Below, in pieces: positions 1-8,284 of a DNA stretch of 64,000 nt. Every line of letters begins with the position of its first letter. Position 1 is the first letter of the stretch. Source of the DNA: an uncultured beta proteobacterium (lineage in GTDB: Bacteria; Pseudomonadota; Gammaproteobacteria; Burkholderiales; SG8-39); assembly GCA_963699535.1 (NCBI GenBank), contig CAVOUJ010000031.1, positions 51,086 to 115,085 on the forward strand, in the 5' to 3' direction. Below the pieces are notes generated by a model that was not told the DNA's origin, ran no database searches, and saw only the letters and a program-made list of their open reading frames with translations. The position numbers and the translations under genes were made by a program.

Positions 1-2
1 GC

Positions 3-293
3 GGTTGGCGCGGAATCGCGGAGCACGCGATCACCAGCAGCTTGATCATGCTGGCGATGCTCGAAGTAATAAGGACGCTCCAGTCCTACCTTCAGGTCGG
101 GCGGGTGCGCGTAACATTCATCCTCGATACCGCGCTCGTCGTGCTGATTGGGGAACTGATCGGGCTTTGGTTCAAGGAGTACAGCGCGGAAAAAGTCCTG
201 CTCGGTCTTGGCGTGATCGTGACGCTCGTCCTACTCCGCATCGCTACCGGACGCTTTTCCCCCGAGCCCGAGGCAAGCGAGCAACCTCTGTAG
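3..293 (+). CDS. PsiE-family-like inner membrane protein, C-terminal part (5' end outside the window)
   Basis: Frame 3 is open from the window edge to TAG at 291-293. The translated tail ..LIMLAMLEVIRTLQSYLQVGRVRVTFILDTALVVLIGELIGLWF.. forms hydrophobic helices resembling the phosphate-starvation-inducible PsiE family. The family call is tentative. Confidence 0.4.
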   Translation, partial: GWRGIAEHAITSSLIMLAMLEVIRTLQSYLQVGRVRVTFILDTALVVLIGELIGLWFKEYSAEKVLLGLGVIVTLVLLRIATGRFSPEPEASEQPL

Positions 294-397
294 GACCGTC
301 CGCGTGGCGATCCTGTAACAATGGCTACGCCCGCGGCGAAGGGTACGACCACAACGCTCACGCTATGTTGAACCCATCCTAGCCGAGCTCAGGGCGA

Positions 398-1186
398 ATG
401 AGGCACGCGGAGGAGATGGAGCAGCCAGGTCCGAACGCCGAACATCCGAGGCTGCTGGCGTTGCGCCGCCGCGGCTTCTACCTCCTGCCCAATCTGTTCA
501 CGACCGCTGCGCTGTTCGCCGGCTTCTACGCCATCGTGCAGGCGATGAACGGCCGCTTCGAGCACGCCGCAATCGCGATCTTCGTCGCCATGGTGCTCGA
601 CGGTCTGGACGGCCGCGTCGCACGATTGACACACACGCAGAGCGAGTTCGGCGCCCGGTACGACAGCCTGTCCGACATGGTGTCGTTTGGCGCGGCCCCT
701 GCTCTAGTCGTGTACGAATGGGCGCTGAAGGACCTCGGCACGGCAGGGTGGGTCGCCGCCTTCGTCCACTGCGCCGGTGCGGCGCTGCGCCTGGGGCGCT
801 TCAACGTCAACATCGACGTCGTCGACAAGCGCTACTTCCAGGGCATTCCGAGCCCCGCCGCCGCCGCGCTGCTTGCCGGCCTCGTCTGGGCTTTCGACGA
901 CCTCGGGATCGAGCGCGAGCCCTGGCTCAACTTCATCGCCTGGGGCTTCACGATGTTTGCGGGCATCACCATGGTCACTAACGTACCGTTCTACAGCTTC
1001 AAGGAACTCAATCTGAAGAAGGCCGTGCCGTTCTGGGTCATGCTGCTCTTGGTCGGCGGGCTCGCTGTGGTGTCGCTGCGGCCCCCCGTTGTGCTGTTTC
1101 TCGCCTGTCTGGCTTTCTCCCTGTCGGGCTACGTGCTTTGGGGCATGGGCGTCCGCGTGCGCCGTCTGTCCGACGCGCCGCACTAG
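398..1186 (+). CDS. pssA: CDP-diacylglycerol--serine O-phosphatidyltransferase
   Basis: 262-aa ORF with a complete CDP-alcohol phosphatidyltransferase motif (DGRVAR-x8-G-x3-D-x3-D in ..VLDGLDGRVARLTHTQSEFGARYDSLSDMV..) and several TM helices. Confidence 0.9.
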   Translation: MRHAEEMEQPGPNAEHPRLLALRRRGFYLLPNLFTTAALFAGFYAIVQAMNGRFEHAAIAIFVAMVLDGLDGRVARLTHTQSEFGARYDSLSDMVSFGAAPALVVYEWALKDLGTAGWVAAFVHCAGAALRLGRFNVNIDVVDKRYFQGIPSPAAAALLAGLVWAFDDLGIEREPWLNFIAWGFTMFAGITMVTNVPFYSFKELNLKKAVPFWVMLLLVGGLAVVSLRPPVVLFLACLAFSLSGYVLWGMGVRVRRLSDAPH

Positions 1187-1299
1187 AAGACCGCAGAGGC
1201 TTCCACTACAAACTGGGTTAACCGAGCCAGCGGACACGACGTGCGGGGCCCAGCGGCTCCATGACGGTGTGATTGCGGTTCGGAGATTCGGGAATTTCA

Positions 1300-1339
1300 C
1301 TGTAGTCTTAATGTCATCAATTCGTCGCGATTCTGTAGC
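1300..1339 (+). promoter_or_regulatory. Pho-box-like array: four heptamers in exact 11-bp register (CTGTAGT ctta ATGTCAT caat TCGTCGC gatt CTGTAGC)
   Basis: Read directly from an AT-richer intergenic patch about 60-100 nt upstream of the GTG at 1399. The 7+4 periodicity and the TGT(A/C)A core match the enterobacterial PhoB box CTGTCAT-N4-CTGTCAT. A possible -10 (TAGGGT, 1350-1355) lies 10 nt downstream. Confidence 0.4.
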
Positions 1340-1398
1340 AAATCCTTCGTAGGGTACGCCTCGGTACGGGGACTCTTCCCCGCAGACGAGGAGAACGC

Positions 1399-2010
1399 GT
1401 GATCAAGAGCTTTCTGGAGGCCCTTCAAACGCAGCGCTGGGACGACCATCGCTACTATCACCACAGCAGAATCAACCAGACTCTGCATTTCGTGAGCGCG
1501 TCGAGCTTCCTGTGCGCATACGTCATGCTGTTTTTCTACCCTGTGGCGGCCGCCCTGGTCGGATGGCTGGTGGCGATGACCACGCGGCAGGCAGGGCACT
1601 TCTTCTTCGAGCCGAAGGGCTTCGACCAAGTCAACCAGGTCACGCACGAATACAAGGAGGAAATCAAGGTCGGCTACAACTTGCGGCGCAAGATCGTCCT
1701 GCTGTCGATATGGGCCTTGTCCCCGGCCGTCCTGCTCGTCGACCCGACGCTGCTGGGTGCGTTCGAGCGTGCCGCGGACGCCCCGGGCTTCGTGCACCAC
1801 GTGGGCAAGATCTGGCTTGTGATCGGCGCGAGCGGACTTGTATTTCGGACAGTGCACCTCTTCTTCATCAGGGACGTGCAGACGGGCCTCGTCTGGATGA
1901 CCAAGATCCTGACCGATCCGTTCCACGACCTGAAGCTCTACCACAAGGCGCCGCTCGCCTTGATGCGCGGCGAGCTGATCGACCCGACGCTGCGGGCGCA
2001 GCGCGGCTAG
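1399..2010 (+). CDS. DUF962/Mpo1-like membrane protein (tentative family)
   Basis: 203-aa ORF with a GTG start preceded by GAGGAG. It has about 4 predicted TM helices. The N-terminal H-x4-N-x3-H spacing (HHSRINQTLH) matches what I recall for the DUF962 (yeast Mpo1) family. Confidence 0.55.
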   Translation: MIKSFLEALQTQRWDDHRYYHHSRINQTLHFVSASSFLCAYVMLFFYPVAAALVGWLVAMTTRQAGHFFFEPKGFDQVNQVTHEYKEEIKVGYNLRRKIVLLSIWALSPAVLLVDPTLLGAFERAADAPGFVHHVGKIWLVIGASGLVFRTVHLFFIRDVQTGLVWMTKILTDPFHDLKLYHKAPLALMRGELIDPTLRAQRG

Positions 2011-3653
2011 AAGCGTTGCGCGATCATCTCGCGCAGGATCCCGCGCTTGATCGCCCGGTTGGAGAGGGTCGGATCGGACCACCACCACCCATCCCGTTCC
2101 ATCGCCCGCGCGGCGGCGACGAACCGGTCGCACACCGCGGCGAAATCCGCCTCCGAGTAGTTGAGGCTGAAGATCAGCCGTCCGGTTCCGACCCAGCTGA
2201 GCGCGAGACCCTCCGCGCGCAGGTAGTACTGCAGCATCCAGTTGTAGCGCGAGGGCCGCGTATAGCAAACGGTCCAGATCGAGGACAGGTTGGCGACCCG
2301 CGCCGGCAACCGCGCGTTCTCGAGATGCGCGTTCAGCGCCCTCGCGCGGTTGTCCCAAAGGTCGTCGAGCCCCTGATACAGGCCGCGGAATGCCGGCGTC
2401 TCGATGCGCTCGAGAAACACCTGCATCGCGCCCATCACGTAGGGATGCGAGTTGAAGGTCCCGCGTGCGAAGCAAATGTCCGCCGGCCGGTCCTCGCGAT
2501 ATCGCCGCATCAGATCGGTACGCCCGCACACCACGCCGACGGGGAAACCGCCGCCGAGAGTCTTTCCGTAGGTCACCATATCGGCGCGCACCCCGTAGTA
2601 CTCCTGCGCGCCGCCGGGGGCGAGGCGGAAGCCGACGAAGACCTCATCGAAGATCAGCACGATGCCGCGCGCCGTGCAGACCTCGCGCAGGCGCCTCAGC
2701 CAGGTGGCGTAGGCTTCGCGATCGAAGTGCGCGCTGCGCGCGCTGTCGACCAGGGATCCGTCCGAGGGTGCGTTGACGTTGGGGTGCAGCGCCTGCAACG
2801 GATTCACCAGCACGCAGGCGATGTCGCGGCGCCGGCGCAGCACGCGCAGCGAGTCCTCGTCCATATCCTTGAGCGTGTAGGTCTCGCGCTGGATCACCGG
2901 GTTGCCGATACCAGGCTGCACGCCCTCCCACCAGCCGTGGTACGCGCCGCAGAACCGAACGAGATGCGTGCGCCGGGTGTGAAAGCGGGCGAGGCGCACC
3001 GCCTGCATCACCGCCTCGGTGCCGGACATGTGGAACGACACCTCGTCCAGCCCGGATATCTCGCGCAGACGGCGCACGTTGTAGGCGACCGAAGGATGGT
3101 AAGCGCCCAGCACCGGGCCCAGGTCGGCGGCGCGCGCGCTGCCCTCAGCCATGCAGGTCTTGTAGAAATCGTGGCCGAAGAGGTTCACGCCATACGAGCC
3201 GGCGAGGTCGTAGAAGCGGTTGCCGTCGAGGTCGGTCACCGTGACCCCGTCGGAGGATTGCAGGAAGGCGCCTGCCTTCATGTGCTCGCGCACGTACCGG
3301 CTGTACTGAAACGGCACTCGATAGCGGCTGGTGAACTGCAGGTCGGAGATCGCGTTCTCCGCCTCCGCGGTGAGGGCGGCGCCGCGCGCATAGTGCCGTC
3401 CATAGAACTCCGCCAGCTTCGCGAACCCGGCGCGCCGCCGTTCCACGACTTCGGCGGGCGCGGCGTCGGAGCGGAAGAAGCGCTCCTCGTCGTAGGCGTA
3501 GTACGGGACCAGCGCCGCCACGCGCCGCGCGATACGCGCGTGGCCCGAGAGCGATGGGTGTTTGGCCCTGGAAAGCTCCAGCCGCAGGCGCAGAGCCGGC
3601 AGCAAGAACGCCACTGCCGCCGCCAGTCCAACCCAAATTGCGGTTTGCTGCAT
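2007..3653 (-). CDS. Class-III PLP aminotransferase / glutamate-1-semialdehyde aminomutase-like enzyme with an N-terminal TM anchor
   Basis: 548-aa ORF. It has SGTEAV and PLP-lysine contexts (..MVTYGKTLGGGFPVG..) typical of the GSA-aminomutase/class-III fold. There is an N-terminal hydrophobic helix (AIWVGLAAAVAFLLPAL) and an AAGGA RBS. Its 3' end overlaps the convergent gene by 4 nt. Confidence 0.85.
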   Translation of the reverse strand: MQQTAIWVGLAAAVAFLLPALRLRLELSRAKHPSLSGHARIARRVAALVPYYAYDEERFFRSDAAPAEVVERRRAGFAKLAEFYGRHYARGAALTAEAENAISDLQFTSRYRVPFQYSRYVREHMKAGAFLQSSDGVTVTDLDGNRFYDLAGSYGVNLFGHDFYKTCMAEGSARAADLGPVLGAYHPSVAYNVRRLREISGLDEVSFHMSGTEAVMQAVRLARFHTRRTHLVRFCGAYHGWWEGVQPGIGNPVIQRETYTLKDMDEDSLRVLRRRRDIACVLVNPLQALHPNVNAPSDGSLVDSARSAHFDREAYATWLRRLREVCTARGIVLIFDEVFVGFRLAPGGAQEYYGVRADMVTYGKTLGGGFPVGVVCGRTDLMRRYREDRPADICFARGTFNSHPYVMGAMQVFLERIETPAFRGLYQGLDDLWDNRARALNAHLENARLPARVANLSSIWTVCYTRPSRYNWMLQYYLRAEGLALSWVGTGRLIFSLNYSEADFAAVCDRFVAAARAMERDGWWWSDPTLSNRAIKRGILREMIAQRF

Positions 3654-3675
3654 ACAGAATCCTTTTCCGATCTTT

Positions 3676-3693
3676 ACTACAGGAGCGTTACAG
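3676..3693 (-). promoter_or_regulatory. Pho-box-like direct repeat CTGTAAC gctc CTGTAGT in the 44-nt divergent intergenic region
   Basis: Two heptamers spaced 11 bp apart, read on the minus strand. It uses the same CTGTAGT half-site as at 1300. It overlaps the RBS of the PSD gene and lies 22 nt from the aminotransferase ATG. Confidence 0.3.
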
Positions 3694-3697
3694 TCCC

Positions 3698-4564
3698 ATG
3701 ACGGTTGGCGCCGTAATGCGACACATCTTCCAGCAGGAAGACGTCAACTTCCTGCTGACCAACCGGATCCCACGGCAGGCGCTCACCCGGTTCATGGGCT
3801 GGTTCAGCCAGATCGAGCAGCCGCTGGTGAGTGAGCTTTCGATCGCGACCTGGCGCCTGTTCGCCGACCTGCGCCTCGGGGAAGCGAAAAAACAGCGCTT
3901 CTCCAGCCTGCACGACTGCTTTACCCGCGAGCTCAAACCCGGCGTGCGCCCGGTCTGCGACGACCCCGGCGTCCTGGTAAGTCCCTGCGACGCAATCGTC
4001 GGCGCCTGCGGCCGGCTCGACGGAATCCAGGTGCTGCAGGCAAAGGGATTCCGCTACACGCTGTACGACCTGCTCGGCGATCCCGAGCTGGTGCGCGCCT
4101 ACCGGGACGCAGCTTACGCGACGCTGCGCATTACCTCGAGCATGTACCACCGCTTCCACGCGCCGCACGATTGCCGCGTGCAGCAGCTGACCTATTTTTC
4201 GGGGGACACCTGGAACGTCAATCCGATCGCGCTCAGGCGCGTGGAGAGGCTCTTCTGCAAGAACGAGCGCGCGATGATCAGAACTCGGCTAGAAGCGGGC
4301 GGCCACGAGGTGTTGCTGGTTCCGGTCGCCGCGGTGCTGGTCGCGAGCATCCGGCTGCATTTCCTGGACGTGCTCCTGCACCTGCGCTATCGCGGTCCGA
4401 ACGTCATCCCCTGCGACGCGCGATTCGCCAAAGGCCAGGAGATGGGTTGGTTCCAGCACGGCTCGACCATCCTCGTATTCGCGCCGCGCGGTTTCACGCT
4501 GCACGAGCGGGTGCGCGAGGGCGTTCGTATCCATGCGGGCGAACCCCTGATGCGGCTGCCCTGA
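3698..4564 (+). CDS. psd: Phosphatidylserine decarboxylase family proenzyme
   Basis: ATG at 3698 preceded by AGGAG (3681-3685). PSD-family sequence with an intact self-cleavage motif (..GWFQHGSTILVF..), LSPxDYHR-like (ITSSMYHRFHAP) and FxKNER blocks. The longer ORF starting at 3554 is rejected. Confidence 0.85.
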   Translation: MTVGAVMRHIFQQEDVNFLLTNRIPRQALTRFMGWFSQIEQPLVSELSIATWRLFADLRLGEAKKQRFSSLHDCFTRELKPGVRPVCDDPGVLVSPCDAIVGACGRLDGIQVLQAKGFRYTLYDLLGDPELVRAYRDAAYATLRITSSMYHRFHAPHDCRVQQLTYFSGDTWNVNPIALRRVERLFCKNERAMIRTRLEAGGHEVLLVPVAAVLVASIRLHFLDVLLHLRYRGPNVIPCDARFAKGQEMGWFQHGSTILVFAPRGFTLHERVREGVRIHAGEPLMRLP

Positions 4565-4565
4565 G

Positions 4566-5363
4566 ATGCAGGGCCCGCTCCTCGCATGGTGGCTGGCGCT
4601 GTGCTCGGCGGCCGTCGTCAATGTCCTCCTTTGGGCATGGTCGGCGCGGCGGCTGGCGGGCCGTGCTGCGCAGATGCCCGCGGACCTCTACGCCTCGCGC
4701 CGGGTCCTCCTGTGGCTGTCGGCCGTCTACGTTCTCGGTTGTGCCTTCAGGTCGATCTTTCCCATGGTCGACGCGCCGCGTATCTGCCTGCACGACACCT
4801 GGATCTCCCGCATCGTCGTCGGGCGCACGCTGGCCACCGCTGCGGAATTGTGCTTCGCCCTTCAATGGGCACTGCTGCTGCGGGAGGCGGGGGCGGGCAA
4901 TCGCACAGCGGCTCTCGTCGGACACCTGATCGTCCCGATCATCGTTCTAGCCGAACTCGCCTGCTGGGTCGCGGTGCTGACCTCGAACTACCTGCCCCAT
5001 GCGATTGAAAACTCGCTCTGGACGCTCGTAGCAGCGCTCGCGCTCGCGGCATTCCTGTCCTTGCGTCCACGCGCCGAAGGCGGGGTGGCGCGATTCCTCG
5101 AAGCCGCCAGCGTGTGCGCGGTGATCTATCTGGCGTTCATGGTGACGGTGGACGTGCCGATGTACCTGTCGCGCTGGCAGTCAGCCGAAGGCGGCAGCCT
5201 GGCGTTCGGGGACGGGCTGCGCACCCTGTTCGGGCGCTGCGTCGTGGAGCGCGAATGGGACGTATGGCGCCAAGACGCGCTATGGCAGTCGCCCTATTTC
5301 AGCGTCGTGGTATGGACCAGCATCGCGCTTGCGCATGCGCCGCGGCTCAGGACTTCGACATGA
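4566..5363 (+). CDS. Uncharacterised polytopic membrane protein
   Basis: 265-aa ORF starting 1 nt after the PSD stop (TGA g ATG). It has 6-7 hydrophobic helices and coding-like codon usage. I do not recognise the family. Confidence 0.6.
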   Translation: MQGPLLAWWLALCSAAVVNVLLWAWSARRLAGRAAQMPADLYASRRVLLWLSAVYVLGCAFRSIFPMVDAPRICLHDTWISRIVVGRTLATAAELCFALQWALLLREAGAGNRTAALVGHLIVPIIVLAELACWVAVLTSNYLPHAIENSLWTLVAALALAAFLSLRPRAEGGVARFLEAASVCAVIYLAFMVTVDVPMYLSRWQSAEGGSLAFGDGLRTLFGRCVVEREWDVWRQDALWQSPYFSVVVWTSIALAHAPRLRTST

Positions 5364-5409
5364 GCGTTCCGGGTCGCTGCGGCTGAAACTCCTGCGCGCC
5401 TGTCCGGAA

Positions 5410-7293
5410 CTACTTGAGCGCCCGCGGCAGCCACGTGGAAAGCACCGGCACGTAAGTGATCACGAGGACGCCCAGCGCGAGCACGCCCAGCGCCGGCAGC
5501 ACCGAGCGGACGACTTCGCTCACCGGCTTCCCGAAGCGATAGGAAGCGAAGAACAGGTTCATGCCCACGGGCGGCAGGAGGAATCCCAATTCCATGTTGG
5601 CGAGGAAGATGATGCCCAGATGCAGCGGGTCGATCCCGAAGGCGAGGCCGACCGGCACGAGGAGCGGGGTCACGACGATGATCGCCGAGAAGATATCCAT
5701 AAAGGCGCCGACAAGTAACAGCAGCAGATTCAGTGCGAACAGGAACACCCAGGGCGAAGAAATGGCGGTGCGCACCCATTCCGTGGCATTGTCGGGAATC
5801 TGGGCGTCGAACAGAAAATTCGTGAACCCGAGGGCCATGCCCAGGATGAGAATGATGCCGCCGACAAGTAGGCCGCACTCGGTCATCACTCTGGGTGCGT
5901 CGCGCGCAAAGGACAGATCGCGGTAGAGCGCAACTTCAACGACAAAGGCGTAGAACGCCGTTAAAGCCGCGGTCTCGGTGGGCGTGACATAGCCGCTGAT
6001 CAAGCCGCCGAAGACTACGAACGGAGTGGCGAGCTCCCACTTTGCGTCCCAGATCGCCGTGCGGGCTTCGCGCCAATCGAAAGGACTCGGCGCCGCGTCC
6101 CTGGGCTGCCGCTGAACTCCGAGCCAACCGAGCAGGCCCGTCATTACGGCGGCAGGCAGCAGAGCCGCGAGAAACATGGTTTCGATGGGCTGGCGCGCAA
6201 TGATGGCGTAGAGGATGAGCGGCAGCGAAGGCGGGAGCAGGACGCCCAGCGAACAGCTGCTCGTGATCAGCCCGATGCTTGCGCGTTCGGGGTACTTGAC
6301 GCCCAGAAGGAGGGGCATCAGCAGGCCGCCGAGAGCGACGATGGTCACGCCGGACGCGCCTGTAAACGATGTGAAGAATGCGGTCAAAAGCACCGAGACT
6401 AGGGCCGCCCCTCCGCGGAAGCCGCCGAACAAGGCCTTGAAGACGCGGATGAACCGGCGCGGCGCGCCCCCCTCCGCAAGGAAATATCCCGCCAGGGCGA
6501 AGAGCGGAATCGCCGGCAGCGACGAATTGACGGTGAGGCGGTATTGATTCAAGGGAACAGTCGCGATGGGCAGGTCTGCGCCGGCAAAAAGGACCAGCGC
6601 GGCACCGCCGAGCGCGATGAAGACGGGCGCACCGAAGACTGCAGCGAGGAGAACCACGGCGAGGCCCGGTCCCGCCAGCGCTCCCGGATGGGAGGCGAGC
6701 AGTACGGCGGCGGCCGCGAGGAGCCCGGCGAGAACCACCGCCGCGGTGCGAAGTGCAAGGCTCTCCGCAGCCTGGACCACGAGCCGCAAGGCAACGATGG
6801 CGAAACCGAGCGGCATGACCGACTGAACAACCCAAAGTGGAATTCCGTAGGCGACGATGCCTCCACCCGCGCGCTCGGCAAGCGCGAAGTCGCAGCTGGC
6901 GACAAGCAGGAAACCGGTGACCGCGACTGCGACACCAGCCGCGAAGGCCCGGACGATCGCGCGCGCAGCAGTCGGGAGAACATCGCCCAGACTCGCGAGC
7001 GAGAGCAGGCGAGCTTCGCGCGCCGCCACGGCGGCACCGAGCATGCCCACCACGAGAACCAGGTGCTGCACCAAGGTGGCGGCATTGGCTATTCCAATGC
7101 CGAAAGCGCCGCGCAGCAGGATCTCCGCAAGTGGCAGGACCACCATTGCGCCGAGAACCAGGGACAAGCCCAGGTCTTCGGCACGGTGGAGGATCTTCCG
7201 CCGTCCCAGCCGCCCCAGGCGATCTTGAGAGTGGACGGGATCGCTCGCCCGCGTCAACGGCGGATCACTTGGAGGAGCCGGCCCGGTAGTCAC
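5410..7293 (-). CDS. TRAP transporter fused small/large permease (DctQ-DctM fusion)
   Basis: 627-aa highly hydrophobic ORF. The N-terminal ~170 aa are DctQ-like and the remainder is DctM-like (..GGFRGGAALVSVLLTAFFTSFTGASGVTIVALG..). Confidence 0.9.
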   Translation of the reverse strand: MTTGPAPPSDPPLTRASDPVHSQDRLGRLGRRKILHRAEDLGLSLVLGAMVVLPLAEILLRGAFGIGIANAATLVQHLVLVVGMLGAAVAAREARLLSLASLGDVLPTAARAIVRAFAAGVAVAVTGFLLVASCDFALAERAGGGIVAYGIPLWVVQSVMPLGFAIVALRLVVQAAESLALRTAAVVLAGLLAAAAVLLASHPGALAGPGLAVVLLAAVFGAPVFIALGGAALVLFAGADLPIATVPLNQYRLTVNSSLPAIPLFALAGYFLAEGGAPRRFIRVFKALFGGFRGGAALVSVLLTAFFTSFTGASGVTIVALGGLLMPLLLGVKYPERASIGLITSSCSLGVLLPPSLPLILYAIIARQPIETMFLAALLPAAVMTGLLGWLGVQRQPRDAAPSPFDWREARTAIWDAKWELATPFVVFGGLISGYVTPTETAALTAFYAFVVEVALYRDLSFARDAPRVMTECGLLVGGIILILGMALGFTNFLFDAQIPDNATEWVRTAISSPWVFLFALNLLLLLVGAFMDIFSAIIVVTPLLVPVGLAFGIDPLHLGIIFLANMELGFLLPPVGMNLFFASYRFGKPVSEVVRSVLPALGVLALGVLVITYVPVLSTWLPRALK

Positions 7294-8281
7294 GAAGCAG
7301 GCGCGTGACTTCGTCGAAGGTTTCCGCAGACACCAGCGTCCCCCGGATCCTCGGATAGACGCTCTCGGCGAACCTGCGCCATTCGGACTCCAGGTCGGGG
7401 GTCAGCTTCGTCACCTGGAGTCCCCGCTTCTGCATGGCGGCGACCGCTTCGTCGACTTCCGCCCGCGCCCTGGAGCGCATCTGTGCGCCCGAGGTCACGG
7501 CCGCGACTTTCAGGGCTTCGCGGCCCGCCGGACTCATGGCATTCCAGGCCTTGGCCGTGATCACCAGCGCGCCCACGATGGGCGCCCAATTGAGATCGAG
7601 CATGTGGGGCGCAGGTCCGTTCAACTGAGCTGCGAGGGCATAGTAGGGAGTAGCAGGCACGGCGTTGATCAGTCCGGTCTGAAGGGCGGGAAGGATGTCC
7701 GCGGTCTCAAGGGCGACCGGCTGATAACCCAGGCTCTTCATGATCTGCATCTGCTCGGGTTCGCCCGCCCAGGCAAACATCTTCATGCGCTTGTAGTCCT
7801 CCGGACGGCGCGCGGGTTCATGGGAGAAGAAACGGACCCAGCCGGCGTCGCCCCATAGGAGCACGACGAAGCCCTTCTCCAGAAACTTCTTCTCCAGCGC
7901 GGGCCTCATTTTTTCGCGGACGTAGTCCAGTTCGTCCCAGTCGCGAAACATGAGGGGCAGGCTCTGCAGGGCGGAGACCGCGGTATCGATTTCGCGCAGT
8001 CCGACGACGGTGATGAGGCCGGCGTTCAACTGACCGATGCGCATGCGCTTCACGGTGTCGATTTCACCGCCCTGGGTGCCGTCCGTGTACGCCGTGAAGG
8101 TCGAGCCGTCGTTCTGCGCTTTCTTCCAGACCTCCCCCATTTCGAGAAGGGCCCGGTGGTAGAGGGAATTCTTGGGTATCAGGGTACCCAAACGCAGCTT
8201 GACCGGCTCCGCAAGCGCGGCGTGGCCGAACACAAGCGAAGCCGCGGCAAGCAGGAGCGCGGACCGGTTGAGCCAGTGCAT
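7265..8281 (-). CDS. TRAP transporter DctP-type periplasmic solute-binding protein
   Basis: 338-aa ORF with a signal peptide (..LLLAAASLVFGHAALA-EP) and DctP-family sequence. It overlaps the permease start by 29 nt. Confidence 0.9.
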   Translation of the reverse strand: MHWLNRSALLLAAASLVFGHAALAEPVKLRLGTLIPKNSLYHRALLEMGEVWKKAQNDGSTFTAYTDGTQGGEIDTVKRMRIGQLNAGLITVVGLREIDTAVSALQSLPLMFRDWDELDYVREKMRPALEKKFLEKGFVVLLWGDAGWVRFFSHEPARRPEDYKRMKMFAWAGEPEQMQIMKSLGYQPVALETADILPALQTGLINAVPATPYYALAAQLNGPAPHMLDLNWAPIVGALVITAKAWNAMSPAGREALKVAAVTSGAQMRSRARAEVDEAVAAMQKRGLQVTKLTPDLESEWRRFAESVYPRIRGTLVSAETFDEVTRLLRDYRAGSSK

Positions 8282-8284
8282 GGT

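Noticed and set aside
287-319. CTGTAGG (287-293) and CTGTAAC (313-319) upstream of pssA, considered as a further Pho-box-like site.
   Set aside because: The spacing is 26 bp, which is not a multiple of 11. The first heptamer overlaps the stop codon of the upstream gene. CTGTA pentamers are expected many times by chance in 64 kb.
1512-3701. Very long ORFs antisense to, or out of frame with, real genes. Examples are 1512-3701 (+), 8156-9304 (+), 18350-19639 (+), 36487-37803 (+), 39899-41401 (+), 61417-63255 (+) and 23944-25506 (-).
   Set aside because: Their translations are Arg/Ala/Gly/Pro-rich and low in complexity, with no recognisable motifs. Each overlaps a gene with clear homology on the other strand or in another frame. 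Long spurious ORFs are expected at this GC content because stop codons are rare.
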